Source: an uncultured Verrucomicrobiae bacterium
GTDB lineage: Bacteria; Verrucomicrobiota; Verrucomicrobiia; Chthoniobacterales; UBA10450
Reading direction: 5' to 3'
Assembly: GCA_963756875.1 (NCBI GenBank)
Contig: CAVWPA010000001.1
Coordinates: 352,001-416,000, forward strand
DNA: 64,000 nucleotides
The notes beneath the pieces are model-generated. The model had not been told where the DNA came from and ran no database searches. It saw nothing but the letters and a program-made list of their open reading frames with translations. Position numbers and translations under genes: made by a program. Each line of letters begins with the position of its first letter. Position 1 is the first letter of the stretch. This document shows, piece by piece, positions 9,321-17,696 of this stretch.

Positions 9321-11553
9321 GTTTTTGCGCGACTTGCTCGAGTTGGTAGCACTCAATCACGTCGCCGACCTGGTATTCGCTGAAATCGCCAAGCTTGATG
9401 CCGCATTCCAGCCCGGAACGGACTTCCTTCACGTCGTCCTGGAAGCGGCGCAGTGTCGAAATTCCGCCGTCGTACACCGGTTGGCGCCGGCGAAGGATGC
9501 GCGCACGAGCGATTCGCGCAACGCGGCCATCGGTTACCAGACAACCGGCAACGATCCCTCTGCTCAACTCGAAAACTTGTTTTACCTCGGCATGACCGAT
9601 CACCGTTTCGCGATGCTCCGGTTCGAGCATTCCGGCCATTGCCTCCTTCATCTGATCGATCAGCTCGTAAATAATGCTGTAAAGCTTGACCTGGATGCCT
9701 TCGCTTCGCGCGGCCGAAACCGCCATGCTCTCGACTTTGACATTGAAGCCGACAACGACGGCATTTGATGCGCTGGCCAGCAAAATGTCCGACTCGGAAA
9801 TCGGGCCGACTCCTGAGTGAATGATTTCCAGATCGATCTTTTTGCTTTCGATCTGTTGCAGCGCGCCAACCAGTGCCTCGACAGAACCTTGTGTGTCGCA
9901 CTTCAAAACGATGCGTAAAACTTTCTTGCCGTCTGCCGCCTCCAGCAGACTCTCGAGCGTGGCCCGCTGCGGCACAGTCAGCTTGTCGGCGCGCTTGGCC
10001 TCGAGCCGTTCCTCGCTCAAGGTTTTCGCGGCCCGCTCCGATTCCATCACCAAAAATTCGTCGCCAGCGTTGGGTAGACCGGTGAACCCGAGTACTTTGA
10101 CCGCCATGGAGAGATCTGCCTCCTTGACCGGCTGCCCTTGATCGTCCATGAGCGATTTCACCTTTCCCCAGTAATCGCCGCAGATGAACGCTTCACCGAT
10201 TTCGACTGTGCCCATTTGCACGATGACAGTCGCTGTCGGGCCGCGTCCCGGTTCCACTTGCGCTTCAATCACGGTGCCGCGCGGTGTCGCTGTGGGTGAG
10301 GCCTTCAGTTCCATCACTTCAGCCTGCAACACCATCATCTCGAGCAGGTGATCGATGCCGGTCCCGCGGGTTGCGGAAACTTCGCAGACAATTGTTTCGC
10401 CGCCCCAATCTTCAGGGCTGAGGCCCTTTTCCTGTAATTGCTTTTTCACTCTGTCGATGTTGGCGCCGGGTAAATCGATCTTGTTGATCGCCACCATGAT
10501 CTTCACGTGCGGCGCAGCTTTGGCGTGGTTGATCGCTTCGATCGTCTGCGGCATGAGACCGTCATCCGCGGCGACAACCAGCACCACGATGTCGGTGACA
10601 TGCGCCCCACGTGCGCGCATTGCGGTAAAAGCAGCATGGCCGGGCGTATCGATAAAGGTGATGTTGTGTCCCTTGTACTGGACTGTGTAGGCCCCGATAT
10701 GTTGCGTGATCCCGCCTGCTTCCCCGGCGGCTACGCGCGTTTTGCGAATCGCATCCATGAGCGTCGTTTTGCCGTGATCGACATGGCCCATGAACGTGAT
10801 GATGGGTGCGCGCGGCTTGAGTTCTTCCTTCTTCGCGATGACCGGCGGCGGCGGTGCGACCACGACCTGTTCGACCTTGTGCACGCCGGCGCCTTTCTCA
10901 CGCCGCTCCTTTTCGAGCACGAAACCGTGACTCTCGGCGACCTTTGCGGCGATGTCCGGCTCGACTGTTTGATTGATGTTTGCGAAAATGTTGAACGACA
11001 TCAGCTCGGCGATGAGCTGGTGCGGTTTTATGCCGAGTTCGTTCGAAAGCTGTTTAACGATGATTGGCGGCTTGATGTGAATGACATTGCGCGGCTCCTC
11101 TTCGGCCGCGGCCTCCGGAGGTGGAGCTGTCTCCGTGGCAGCATCGACGGCCGCACTTTTTGGAGCGGGAGGTTCGGGCTTTGCGACCGGTGTTTGACTT
11201 TTCGGCGAGACCGCGGGCGCCTCCAGCGAGGCGCGAATGCGTGAGATCGGAGGCAGAATCGTGGTTTTCTTCTTGATCTCGCCGTCACCCGATTTGTTTT
11301 GCCGCTTTTTTTCATCGATAAGCGAAACGCTTTCGACAACTTGATGAGCCGGCTTCGGTTTTGCCGCTGGCTTCGTTGCGGCTTCCTGAGCTGCCGGCGC
11401 TTTTCGGTGCGCAGCGGTTCCGCCGTGTGCCGGCTTTGCGTGCGCCGCCGTCTTTTTGGTCGCTACCTTAGCCTTGGAACCGGCAGGCTTGCGAGAAACA
11501 GTAGCCTTGGATGCGGACTTGGCCGTCGCCTTTGCTTTGGTCTTGGTTGGCAT
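9316..11553 (-). CDS. infB: Translation initiation factor IF-2
   Basis: [40 protein letters not shown]; Lys/Ala-rich N-terminus. Confidence 0.98.
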   Translation of the reverse strand: MPTKTKAKATAKSASKATVSRKPAGSKAKVATKKTAAHAKPAHGGTAAHRKAPAAQEAATKPAAKPKPAHQVVESVSLIDEKKRQNKSGDGEIKKKTTILPPISRIRASLEAPAVSPKSQTPVAKPEPPAPKSAAVDAATETAPPPEAAAEEEPRNVIHIKPPIIVKQLSNELGIKPHQLIAELMSFNIFANINQTVEPDIAAKVAESHGFVLEKERREKGAGVHKVEQVVVAPPPPVIAKKEELKPRAPIITFMGHVDHGKTTLMDAIRKTRVAAGEAGGITQHIGAYTVQYKGHNITFIDTPGHAAFTAMRARGAHVTDIVVLVVAADDGLMPQTIEAINHAKAAPHVKIMVAINKIDLPGANIDRVKKQLQEKGLSPEDWGGETIVCEVSATRGTGIDHLLEMMVLQAEVMELKASPTATPRGTVIEAQVEPGRGPTATVIVQMGTVEIGEAFICGDYWGKVKSLMDDQGQPVKEADLSMAVKVLGFTGLPNAGDEFLVMESERAAKTLSEERLEAKRADKLTVPQRATLESLLEAADGKKVLRIVLKCDTQGSVEALVGALQQIESKKIDLEIIHSGVGPISESDILLASASNAVVVGFNVKVESMAVSAARSEGIQVKLYSIIYELIDQMKEAMAGMLEPEHRETVIGHAEVKQVFELSRGIVAGCLVTDGRVARIARARILRRRQPVYDGGISTLRRFQDDVKEVRSGLECGIKLGDFSEYQVGDVIECYQLEQVAQKL

Positions 11554-11591
11554 TTCTGTTCCTCTAAAAATTCTCTCATGGCTCGAGCGTG

Positions 11592-12857
11592 TTAGGCTGA
11601 GCCGGCTTTCTGCGGTTCATCTTGCCGATGGAGCGCATCGTAAATCTCGCGCGCTTTCGTCTCATCCACAGCGAGAATGTCCACAAAATCCTGAATATCG
11701 GCTGCGTGCAAACCTTCCAGGTTTGTAAAGCCGGATTTCACCAGCGAGGTGGCTTGTTCGTCGGTAATCGGGAGGGCACCGGCGAGCGTTTGGGCAGCCT
11801 GGGCAACCTTCTGCTCCACCGCCGTCGTGGCCGAAGTGTCTTTATCAATGTTGATCTCCCAGCCGGTAAGCCGTGAGGTCAACCGCGCGTTTTGCCCTTT
11901 TTTGCCAATCGCCAGCGAGAGTTGATCTTCGTCCACGGAAATCTGTACGCTCTTTTTCTCCGTATCGAAGGTCATGTTTTTGATCTTCGCCGGCTTGAGC
12001 GCTTCCAGGACGTATTCGCGCGGATCGGAGCTCCAACGGATGATGTCCACTTTTTCGTTGTTTAGCTCGCGCACGATGTTCTTCACGCGGGAGCCACGCA
12101 TCCCGACGCACGCGCCCACGGGATCCACTTTTTCATTTGCGCTCGAGACCGCGATTTTCGTTCGATAACCTGCTTCCCTCGCAATCCCGCGGATCTCGAC
12201 AGTACCGTCCGCAATTTCGCTCACCTCCAGTTCGAAAAGGCGGCGGACAAAATTCGGGTGACTTCGCGATATAATGATCTCGGGTCCGCGCAGTCCGTTT
12301 TCCACGGCGACAACGTACGCGCGCAAGCGGTCGCCGACGTTGTAATCCTCCACCACCACGCGTTCGCGTTGCGGCATGACCGCTTCAAATTTGCCAAGAT
12401 CGAGGATCACGTCCGAGCGATCGAAACGGCGCACCGTTCCGCTGACGATCTCGCCCGCACGGTCCTTGAACTCTTCGTAAATCATTTCCTTCTCGACCTG
12501 GCGGATTCGCTGCATCATCGCCTGCTTGGCAGTCTGGGCTGCGATCCGGCCGAAATTTCGAGGCGTCACTTCGATCTCGATGCTATCGCCGATCTTCGCG
12601 TCGGGCTTGATCCTGCGCGCCTTGGTCAGCGCGATCTGGTCCTGCGGGTTGTCCACGTTTTCTACTACGAGCAAATTGGCGAGCGCGCGGATGTCGCCCG
12701 ACTTAGGATCGATGTCGATGCGCAGTTCCCGCGCGGCCCCCACGCTTTTCTTGGAAGCGGAAAGGAGCGCATTGGAGACCGCCTCGATCAGGATTTCGCG
12801 TTTAATTCCGCGCTCCCGCTCCAGGTAGTCGAGCATGGCAAGAAACTCTACGTTCAT
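11592..12857 (-). CDS. nusA: Transcription termination/antitermination factor NusA
   Basis: FGRIAAQTAKQ, SRSHPNFV, DPVGACVG, LSLAIGKKGQNARL. Confidence 0.98.
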   Translation of the reverse strand: MNVEFLAMLDYLERERGIKREILIEAVSNALLSASKKSVGAARELRIDIDPKSGDIRALANLLVVENVDNPQDQIALTKARRIKPDAKIGDSIEIEVTPRNFGRIAAQTAKQAMMQRIRQVEKEMIYEEFKDRAGEIVSGTVRRFDRSDVILDLGKFEAVMPQRERVVVEDYNVGDRLRAYVVAVENGLRGPEIIISRSHPNFVRRLFELEVSEIADGTVEIRGIAREAGYRTKIAVSSANEKVDPVGACVGMRGSRVKNIVRELNNEKVDIIRWSSDPREYVLEALKPAKIKNMTFDTEKKSVQISVDEDQLSLAIGKKGQNARLTSRLTGWEINIDKDTSATTAVEQKVAQAAQTLAGALPITDEQATSLVKSGFTNLEGLHAADIQDFVDILAVDETKAREIYDALHRQDEPQKAGSA

Positions 12858-12878
12858 AAAACATCCAGTCCGCAGACT

Positions 12879-12910
12879 AAAAAGAGTGGGACATCAATTC
12901 CCACTCCCTT
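12879..12910 (-). terminator. Leader hairpin plus U-tract upstream of nusA (rimP-leader-like attenuator)
   Basis: Minus strand reads aagggagtgggaattgatgtcccactcttttt (GAGTGGG/CCCACTC stem plus U5), about 20 nt before the nusA ATG. Confidence 0.7.
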
Positions 12911-13006
12911 CAGCGCGGACTCGACCCTGAATTTACCGTTTTGCGACGGCGTCGTCAAGCCGAGGGTTGAATGCCCGGCGTTAAACGTCCAACATTCAAC
13001 GCCTCA

Positions 13007-14440
13007 ATGACTTCGCGAACGGGCAGTTTGTCGATTGTGCTCCTGGTTTGGGCGGCGATTTATTTGCCCGGCCTTGGGTCGCTCCCGATTAAAGGGGAAG
13101 AAGGTCGCAGGATTTTGCCGGCAATTTCAATGCTGCGGACCGGTAATTACGTCGTGCCGCAAGTCGGCGGGGAAACATATTTTAGTAAGCCCCCTCTCGT
13201 GAACTGGCTGGTTGCCGCGTCATTCAAGCTCTTCGGCCGGCGTAACGAATGGACCGCGCGTTTGCCGTCCGCGCTTTGCGTGCTTGCGGTCGCACTTGCC
13301 TTCGCCACAATGGCCCGCCGGGGAAGTCTCGGCTCGCGCGGATCGACGGTCGCTGCACTCATGTGGCTGACAAACGCCGGGATGATTGAGAAAGGCCGAT
13401 TGATCGAGATCGAGGCGCTGTACGTTTCGCTTTGCGCGCTGGCAATCATTTTCTGGCTAACTTTTTGGGAGCAAAAGAAATCCGCATGGCTCGTTTGGAT
13501 TCCCGCTTCCATTTTTCTCGGCCTGGGATGCCTCGCCAAGGGGCCCGTTCACATTATCTTTTTCTACGCGATCGTCATCGCTGTAATCTGGCAGACCAGG
13601 AATTGGCGCCTGTTATTTAGTCCCGCGCACTTCGTCGCGGTCCTCGTTATGCTCGGGATTTTCGCAGCGTGGGCGGTCCCGTTCGCGCACGTCACCGGCG
13701 GCGCGCATGCCGCTGCCAAATGGTCCTTTCAGTTCGCCGGCCGGCTCACTGGGCGCGACTTTGAATTTCTCCACTGGATCAGGAACATTCCGCAAGGTCT
13801 CGTCTATTTTTTGCCCTGGACGGTTCTGTTGCCGCTCGTTCGGTTCGACATTTTTGTGAACGAACATGACCGGGGGCTGGCGCGCGGCCTTGCATGGGGA
13901 GCGATCGTGCCGTTTGTCGTTATTAATCTGATACCGGGATCGCTTCCGCGTTACGCGATGCCGGCCCTTGTTCCCGCCTGCTGGCTGCTGGCGATGACTT
14001 TGTGCGCGGGAAATGCCGCATGGCCGGGCTGGCTGACCGGCCGGTCATTTTCACAGAGAGCTCGGCAGCGAACCGTGGCGGTCTTTGTGATCCTCACTTG
14101 TGTATGCATGAGTGCGTACGGAGTGCTGATCATTCCTCGATTACACAGCCGGGAGAACGTGAAGCGCTTTGCCGCGCAAATCGACGCAATCGTTCCGCGC
14201 TCGGAACCGCTATATGCGCTGAACCCCGATTATCAGCCGATCTTCTTCTATATGCATTCGAAGCTGGTCTATGTGGAGAAGATGGACGATTTGCCGGGTA
14301 ACCCCGTCTATCTGCTGGTGCGGCCGAAAAAGGAGCAAGCGGTGCTGGAAAGCAATCGTTGGGCGCCGCGCCATGCGCACCCCGTCCTTCTGGCGACGGA
14401 TTACCGGAAGCAGTCGATTATCCTGATCAAGATCGAGTGA
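13007..14440 (+). CDS. ArnT/PMT-like GT-C membrane glycosyltransferase (family 39/83)
   Basis: EEGRR, YFSKPPLVNWL, EWTARLPSA, LAKGPV, many TM segments. Confidence 0.85.
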   Translation: MTSRTGSLSIVLLVWAAIYLPGLGSLPIKGEEGRRILPAISMLRTGNYVVPQVGGETYFSKPPLVNWLVAASFKLFGRRNEWTARLPSALCVLAVALAFATMARRGSLGSRGSTVAALMWLTNAGMIEKGRLIEIEALYVSLCALAIIFWLTFWEQKKSAWLVWIPASIFLGLGCLAKGPVHIIFFYAIVIAVIWQTRNWRLLFSPAHFVAVLVMLGIFAAWAVPFAHVTGGAHAAAKWSFQFAGRLTGRDFEFLHWIRNIPQGLVYFLPWTVLLPLVRFDIFVNEHDRGLARGLAWGAIVPFVVINLIPGSLPRYAMPALVPACWLLAMTLCAGNAAWPGWLTGRSFSQRARQRTVAVFVILTCVCMSAYGVLIIPRLHSRENVKRFAAQIDAIVPRSEPLYALNPDYQPIFFYMHSKLVYVEKMDDLPGNPVYLLVRPKKEQAVLESNRWAPRHAHPVLLATDYRKQSIILIKIE

Positions 14441-14580
14441 GGCATCGGTTCGTTTGACAGGGCCGGATTGGTTAGCATGCTAACTAATCTTTCCACTACT
14501 TGAAAGCTGACCTGGAAACGTTCGGTCCTTTGCTGCATGGCACGGCGCGCGCCTGGCACTTGAAGCTCGACGAGCGGCTC
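14399..14580 (+). repeat. Copy 1 of a diverged duplication (arnT 3' end + promoter/operator + first 27 marR codons)
   Basis: Aligns with 15810-16060. Confidence 0.9.
14471..14484. promoter_or_regulatory. Perfect palindrome GTTAGCATGCTAAC, SlyA/MarR-box-like operator (copy 1)
   Basis: Resembles the SlyA box TTAGCAAGCTAA; TTGACA at 14454-14459. Confidence 0.65.
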
Positions 14581-14625
14581 GCCGGGGATGCTGCGGGGCA
14601 TGCCGTGTCGCTGCGGCTGATCTAA
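14500..14625 (+). pseudogene. Truncated duplicate of the marR 5' end fused to foreign sequence
   Basis: TTG-KADLETFGPLLHGTARAWHLKLDERL then unrelated AGDAAGHAVSLRLI*, versus MKADPETFGPLLHGTARAWRLKLDQRL at 15980. Confidence 0.8.
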
Positions 14626-14627
14626 TC

Positions 14628-15710
14628 TTGCGGGCGATGCGTATCGGGATCTGTGCGTTCTGGTTCAACCGCGGGCAGGGCGTGATCGCCCGCCAGCTCC
14701 GCTCCGCTCTCGATCAACTTGGACACCAGACATTCGTGCTCGGACGGCCGACCAGGGATAACTTCGCGATGCCGCAACGGGCGCGGGGCGACGACGTCTG
14801 GGCACAGCAGGGGGTGACGCCGGCCTCGAGCTTCTTCATCGGTGCCGACGAGCTGGTCGGCTGGGCGCGCGAGCACGAACTCGAGGGTTGCTTCTTCGAC
14901 CAGAACTACGAGTTCGAGGCGATCGAGGCACTGCGGCGTGCGGGCACCCGAACGATTGGCCGCTTCGTCTGGGAGCAGTTCTCGAACGAGCACGTCGCCG
15001 ATGCGCGCCGTGCCTACGACCTGGTCTATTCGATGACCCACGCCGAGCGCGAGCGGTACGCCACGATGGGGATCGAGGCGCCCTTCCTGCAGTGGGGAAT
15101 CCACCCCGACTACCTCGTCTATACACCGCATCGGCCGGCCGACGGCACCGCGGTGTTCCACTACCACGCCGGCCTGCTCGGCAAACGCAAGCCGTTCAAG
15201 GAGGTCATCGAAGCATTCAACGCGGCCCGCGGCGAAGGGCTGCGTCTGATCGTCAAGGCGCAGATCGAGCGCTGGATGGACTACCTGAAGAAGGCGGCGA
15301 AGACGGACCCGCGGATCAAGTTGGTAATCGAGGACCTGCCGACTGCCCGGCATCTGCAGATGTGCGCCGACGCTCACGTCTGTATGGCACCGGCCCGATG
15401 GGAGGGACTTGGACTGCACCTCTATGAGGCAATCGCCTTCGGACAGCCGATCGTCTGCAACGATGATCCGCCGATGAACGAACTCATCGAGGACGAGGTC
15501 AGCGGCCTGCTCATCGGCTCCCACGAGGACGGCAAGGCGAACTCCGGGATCCCGGCGAAGACGGTCGACGTGCCCGCGTTGACCAGGGCGATCGAGCGGC
15601 TCGCCGATCCGGCCCTGCGGACCAAGCTCGAGGCTGGAGCGCTACGCAAGCGCGAGCAGCTCAGTTGGGAGCGGACGGTCGTCTCGGTCGGCGAATTGCT
15701 GAGGCGCTAG
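14628..15710 (+). CDS. Glycosyltransferase, GT-B fold (GT4-like), high GC
   Basis: MRIGICAFW, GKRKPF, PARWEGLGLHLYEAIAFGQPIV, SWERT; the start may be ATG 14637. Confidence 0.85.
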   Translation: MRAMRIGICAFWFNRGQGVIARQLRSALDQLGHQTFVLGRPTRDNFAMPQRARGDDVWAQQGVTPASSFFIGADELVGWAREHELEGCFFDQNYEFEAIEALRRAGTRTIGRFVWEQFSNEHVADARRAYDLVYSMTHAERERYATMGIEAPFLQWGIHPDYLVYTPHRPADGTAVFHYHAGLLGKRKPFKEVIEAFNAARGEGLRLIVKAQIERWMDYLKKAAKTDPRIKLVIEDLPTARHLQMCADAHVCMAPARWEGLGLHLYEAIAFGQPIVCNDDPPMNELIEDEVSGLLIGSHEDGKANSGIPAKTVDVPALTRAIERLADPALRTKLEAGALRKREQLSWERTVVSVGELLRR

Positions 15711-15738
15711 CGCCCAATCTGCGGACCTGAGCGACGCG

Positions 15739-15808
15739 ATGGTCTTGTTCTGGAGAAAGCGGCTCGGCGAGCCGCCGCTGTTGTCGGTGATCGTCGGGTT
15801 CGGGCGAT
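15739..15808 (+). pseudogene. 5' fragment of a GT2-like glycosyltransferase
   Basis: MVLFWRKRLGEPPLLSVIVGF ('PLLSVIV' is a typical GT2 first strand), cut off by the arnT-end duplicate. Confidence 0.5.
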
Positions 15809-15809
15809 C

Positions 15810-16060
15810 GATTAGCGGCGGCAGTCGATTATTTTGATCAGGATGGAATAAGACGTTGGTTCGTTAGGGTTTCCGGTTCTGGGCGTTCTGTAGGGTGCTC
15901 TATTGCGATCCAGTTCCCTGATCGTTTGACAGGGGCCGGGAGTCGGATTGGTTAGCATGCTAACTAATCTTCCAACTGCTTGAAAGCTGACCCGGAAACG
16001 TTCGGTCCTTTGCTGCATGGCACTGCGCGCGCCTGGCGTCTGAAGCTCGACCAGCGGCTC
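15810..16060 (+). repeat. Copy 2 of the diverged duplication (arnT-end remnant, about 60 extra nt, promoter, intact marR start)
   Basis: Reads D*RRQSIILIRME* versus DYRKQSIILIKIE* of arnT; identical operator. Confidence 0.9.
15951..15964. promoter_or_regulatory. GTTAGCATGCTAAC operator palindrome (copy 2) upstream of marR
   Basis: Perfect 14-bp palindrome 15 nt before the TTG start. Confidence 0.7.
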
Positions 16061-16534
16061 AAGCCCATGGGATTGAGTCAGGCCAAATGGCGCACGTTGC
16101 TGCATCTTTCAGTGGCCCCGCGCAGGCTGACCCAGTCGGAGATCGCAGCGCGGCTCGGGATCGAAGAGCCGACCCTGGTCACCCTGCTGCATCGCCTGGA
16201 GAGAGACGGATGGGTCGAGCGAAAGCACTCACCGGACGATCGGCGCTGCAAAATTGTCCACCTCGGCTGGCGTGCCCGTGGCGTCATCGCGCAGATCAAC
16301 CAGACAGCAAACGAACTTCGGCAAGAGTTATTGGCGAACATTCCCCAGCCCGAACTGCGCACCTGCATCCGCGTCCTGACCCAGATTTACCGGCGTGCGG
16401 AAAAAGGAAATGGATCCCCGCGCGGCACGGCTGCCGCTTCGCGTGAACGCTCCGAACGAAACGGTCAGAATGGCAATGAACGTGCGATTAATAGAGTAAA
16501 GGGAACGCGTCGCGTCGCGCGTAAATCGAAATGA
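15980..16534 (+). CDS. MarR/SlyA-family transcriptional regulator
   Basis: GLSQAKWRTLLHL, LTQSEIAARLGIEEPTLVTLLHRLERDGWVER..DDRRCK. Confidence 0.92.
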   Translation: MKADPETFGPLLHGTARAWRLKLDQRLKPMGLSQAKWRTLLHLSVAPRRLTQSEIAARLGIEEPTLVTLLHRLERDGWVERKHSPDDRRCKIVHLGWRARGVIAQINQTANELRQELLANIPQPELRTCIRVLTQIYRRAEKGNGSPRGTAAASRERSERNGQNGNERAINRVKGTRRVARKSK

Positions 16535-17676
16535 AATCGTCGAAACGTCCAAGCCAGCGGATTCCGTGGTGGGCCTATCTGCTCTTTATCGTCCTGGGAG
16601 CGTTAGCGGTGTTTTGGAATTATGAGCATCATATCGATTCCGAAAAGGCGGGACAGCCTCCCGTGCATCCAGTGCTTGTGACGAAAGTGATCACCAAGGA
16701 TTCGCCGGTTTATCTTGATGAAATCGGCACCTGCGCGGCGTATGAAACCGTTCAAGTCCAGGCGCAGGTGAACGGCCAGATTATTTCGCGCGATTTTAAG
16801 GATGGGGCCGACGTGAAGAAGGGAGACTTGCTTTTTACGATCGATCCGCGGCCGTACCAGGCGGCTTTGGACCAAGCGAAAGCGCAGGCCGCGTTAGACA
16901 AGGCCACGCTGAAGCGGCAGGAGGACCTCCGCGCCAGAAAAGTTATATCCCCGCAGGACTACGACATCGCTCAGGCGAATGCAGAGAAGTCCCAGGCAGC
17001 GACCGAGGCTGCTCAGGTTAATCTCGATTATTGCTCCATAAAATCGCCCATTAATGGACGAGTAGGACTGCGCAATGTCGATGTTGGGAATCTGGTTGGC
17101 CCGTCGAGTCCGCCGCTCGTCATTATCCAGGGGCTCGATCCCATTTACAGCGATTTCACGGTGGCCGAAACCGACCTGGCGCTGGTGCGTCGCTATCTCG
17201 GCGGGCCGAACGTGAAAGTCCAGACAAGCGCGCCGGACTCGGGTGTAGCGCCACGCATGGGTGATCTCTATTTCATTGATAATGCCGTCCAGCCAGGGTC
17301 CGGCACGGTGAAGGCGCGCGGGGTAACGCCGAATCCGGATCATGCCTTTTGGCCATCCGAGTTTGTGCGGGTCCGTTTCATTCTTGATATGATCAAGGAC
17401 GCAGAGCTCGTGCCTTCGCAGGCGGTGCAGATCAGTCAAAACGGGCCATTTGTTTTTGTCGTGAAACCGGACAACACGGTAGATCTTCGGCCGGTGAAAC
17501 CGGGCCAGCCCCAGGATGGCGATCTCACGGTAATTGAAAGCGGTGTGAAACCGGGAGAGACCGTGGTGGTCACCGGTCAGCTGGCGCTTTCGCCGGGCGC
17601 GAAGGTCGAACCCAAACCGTACCACGCCCCAACCGAGAGCAGCGAACATCAAGTTGCGGCCCAGAACGCTTTGTAA
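16531..17676 (+). CDS. RND efflux periplasmic adaptor (MdtA-like MFP)
   Basis: VKKGDLLFTIDPRPYQA, IKSPINGRVG, IDNAV..GTVKAR, GETVVVTGQ. Confidence 0.92.
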   Translation: MKSSKRPSQRIPWWAYLLFIVLGALAVFWNYEHHIDSEKAGQPPVHPVLVTKVITKDSPVYLDEIGTCAAYETVQVQAQVNGQIISRDFKDGADVKKGDLLFTIDPRPYQAALDQAKAQAALDKATLKRQEDLRARKVISPQDYDIAQANAEKSQAATEAAQVNLDYCSIKSPINGRVGLRNVDVGNLVGPSSPPLVIIQGLDPIYSDFTVAETDLALVRRYLGGPNVKVQTSAPDSGVAPRMGDLYFIDNAVQPGSGTVKARGVTPNPDHAFWPSEFVRVRFILDMIKDAELVPSQAVQISQNGPFVFVVKPDNTVDLRPVKPGQPQDGDLTVIESGVKPGETVVVTGQLALSPGAKVEPKPYHAPTESSEHQVAAQNAL

Positions 17677-17696
17677 TCTCGCCTTTTCCTTTCGAT

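Noticed and set aside
11100..11553. Histone-like Lys/Ala-rich segment as a separate gene
   Set aside because: It is the variable low-complexity N-terminus of IF-2, in frame with the GTPase domain.
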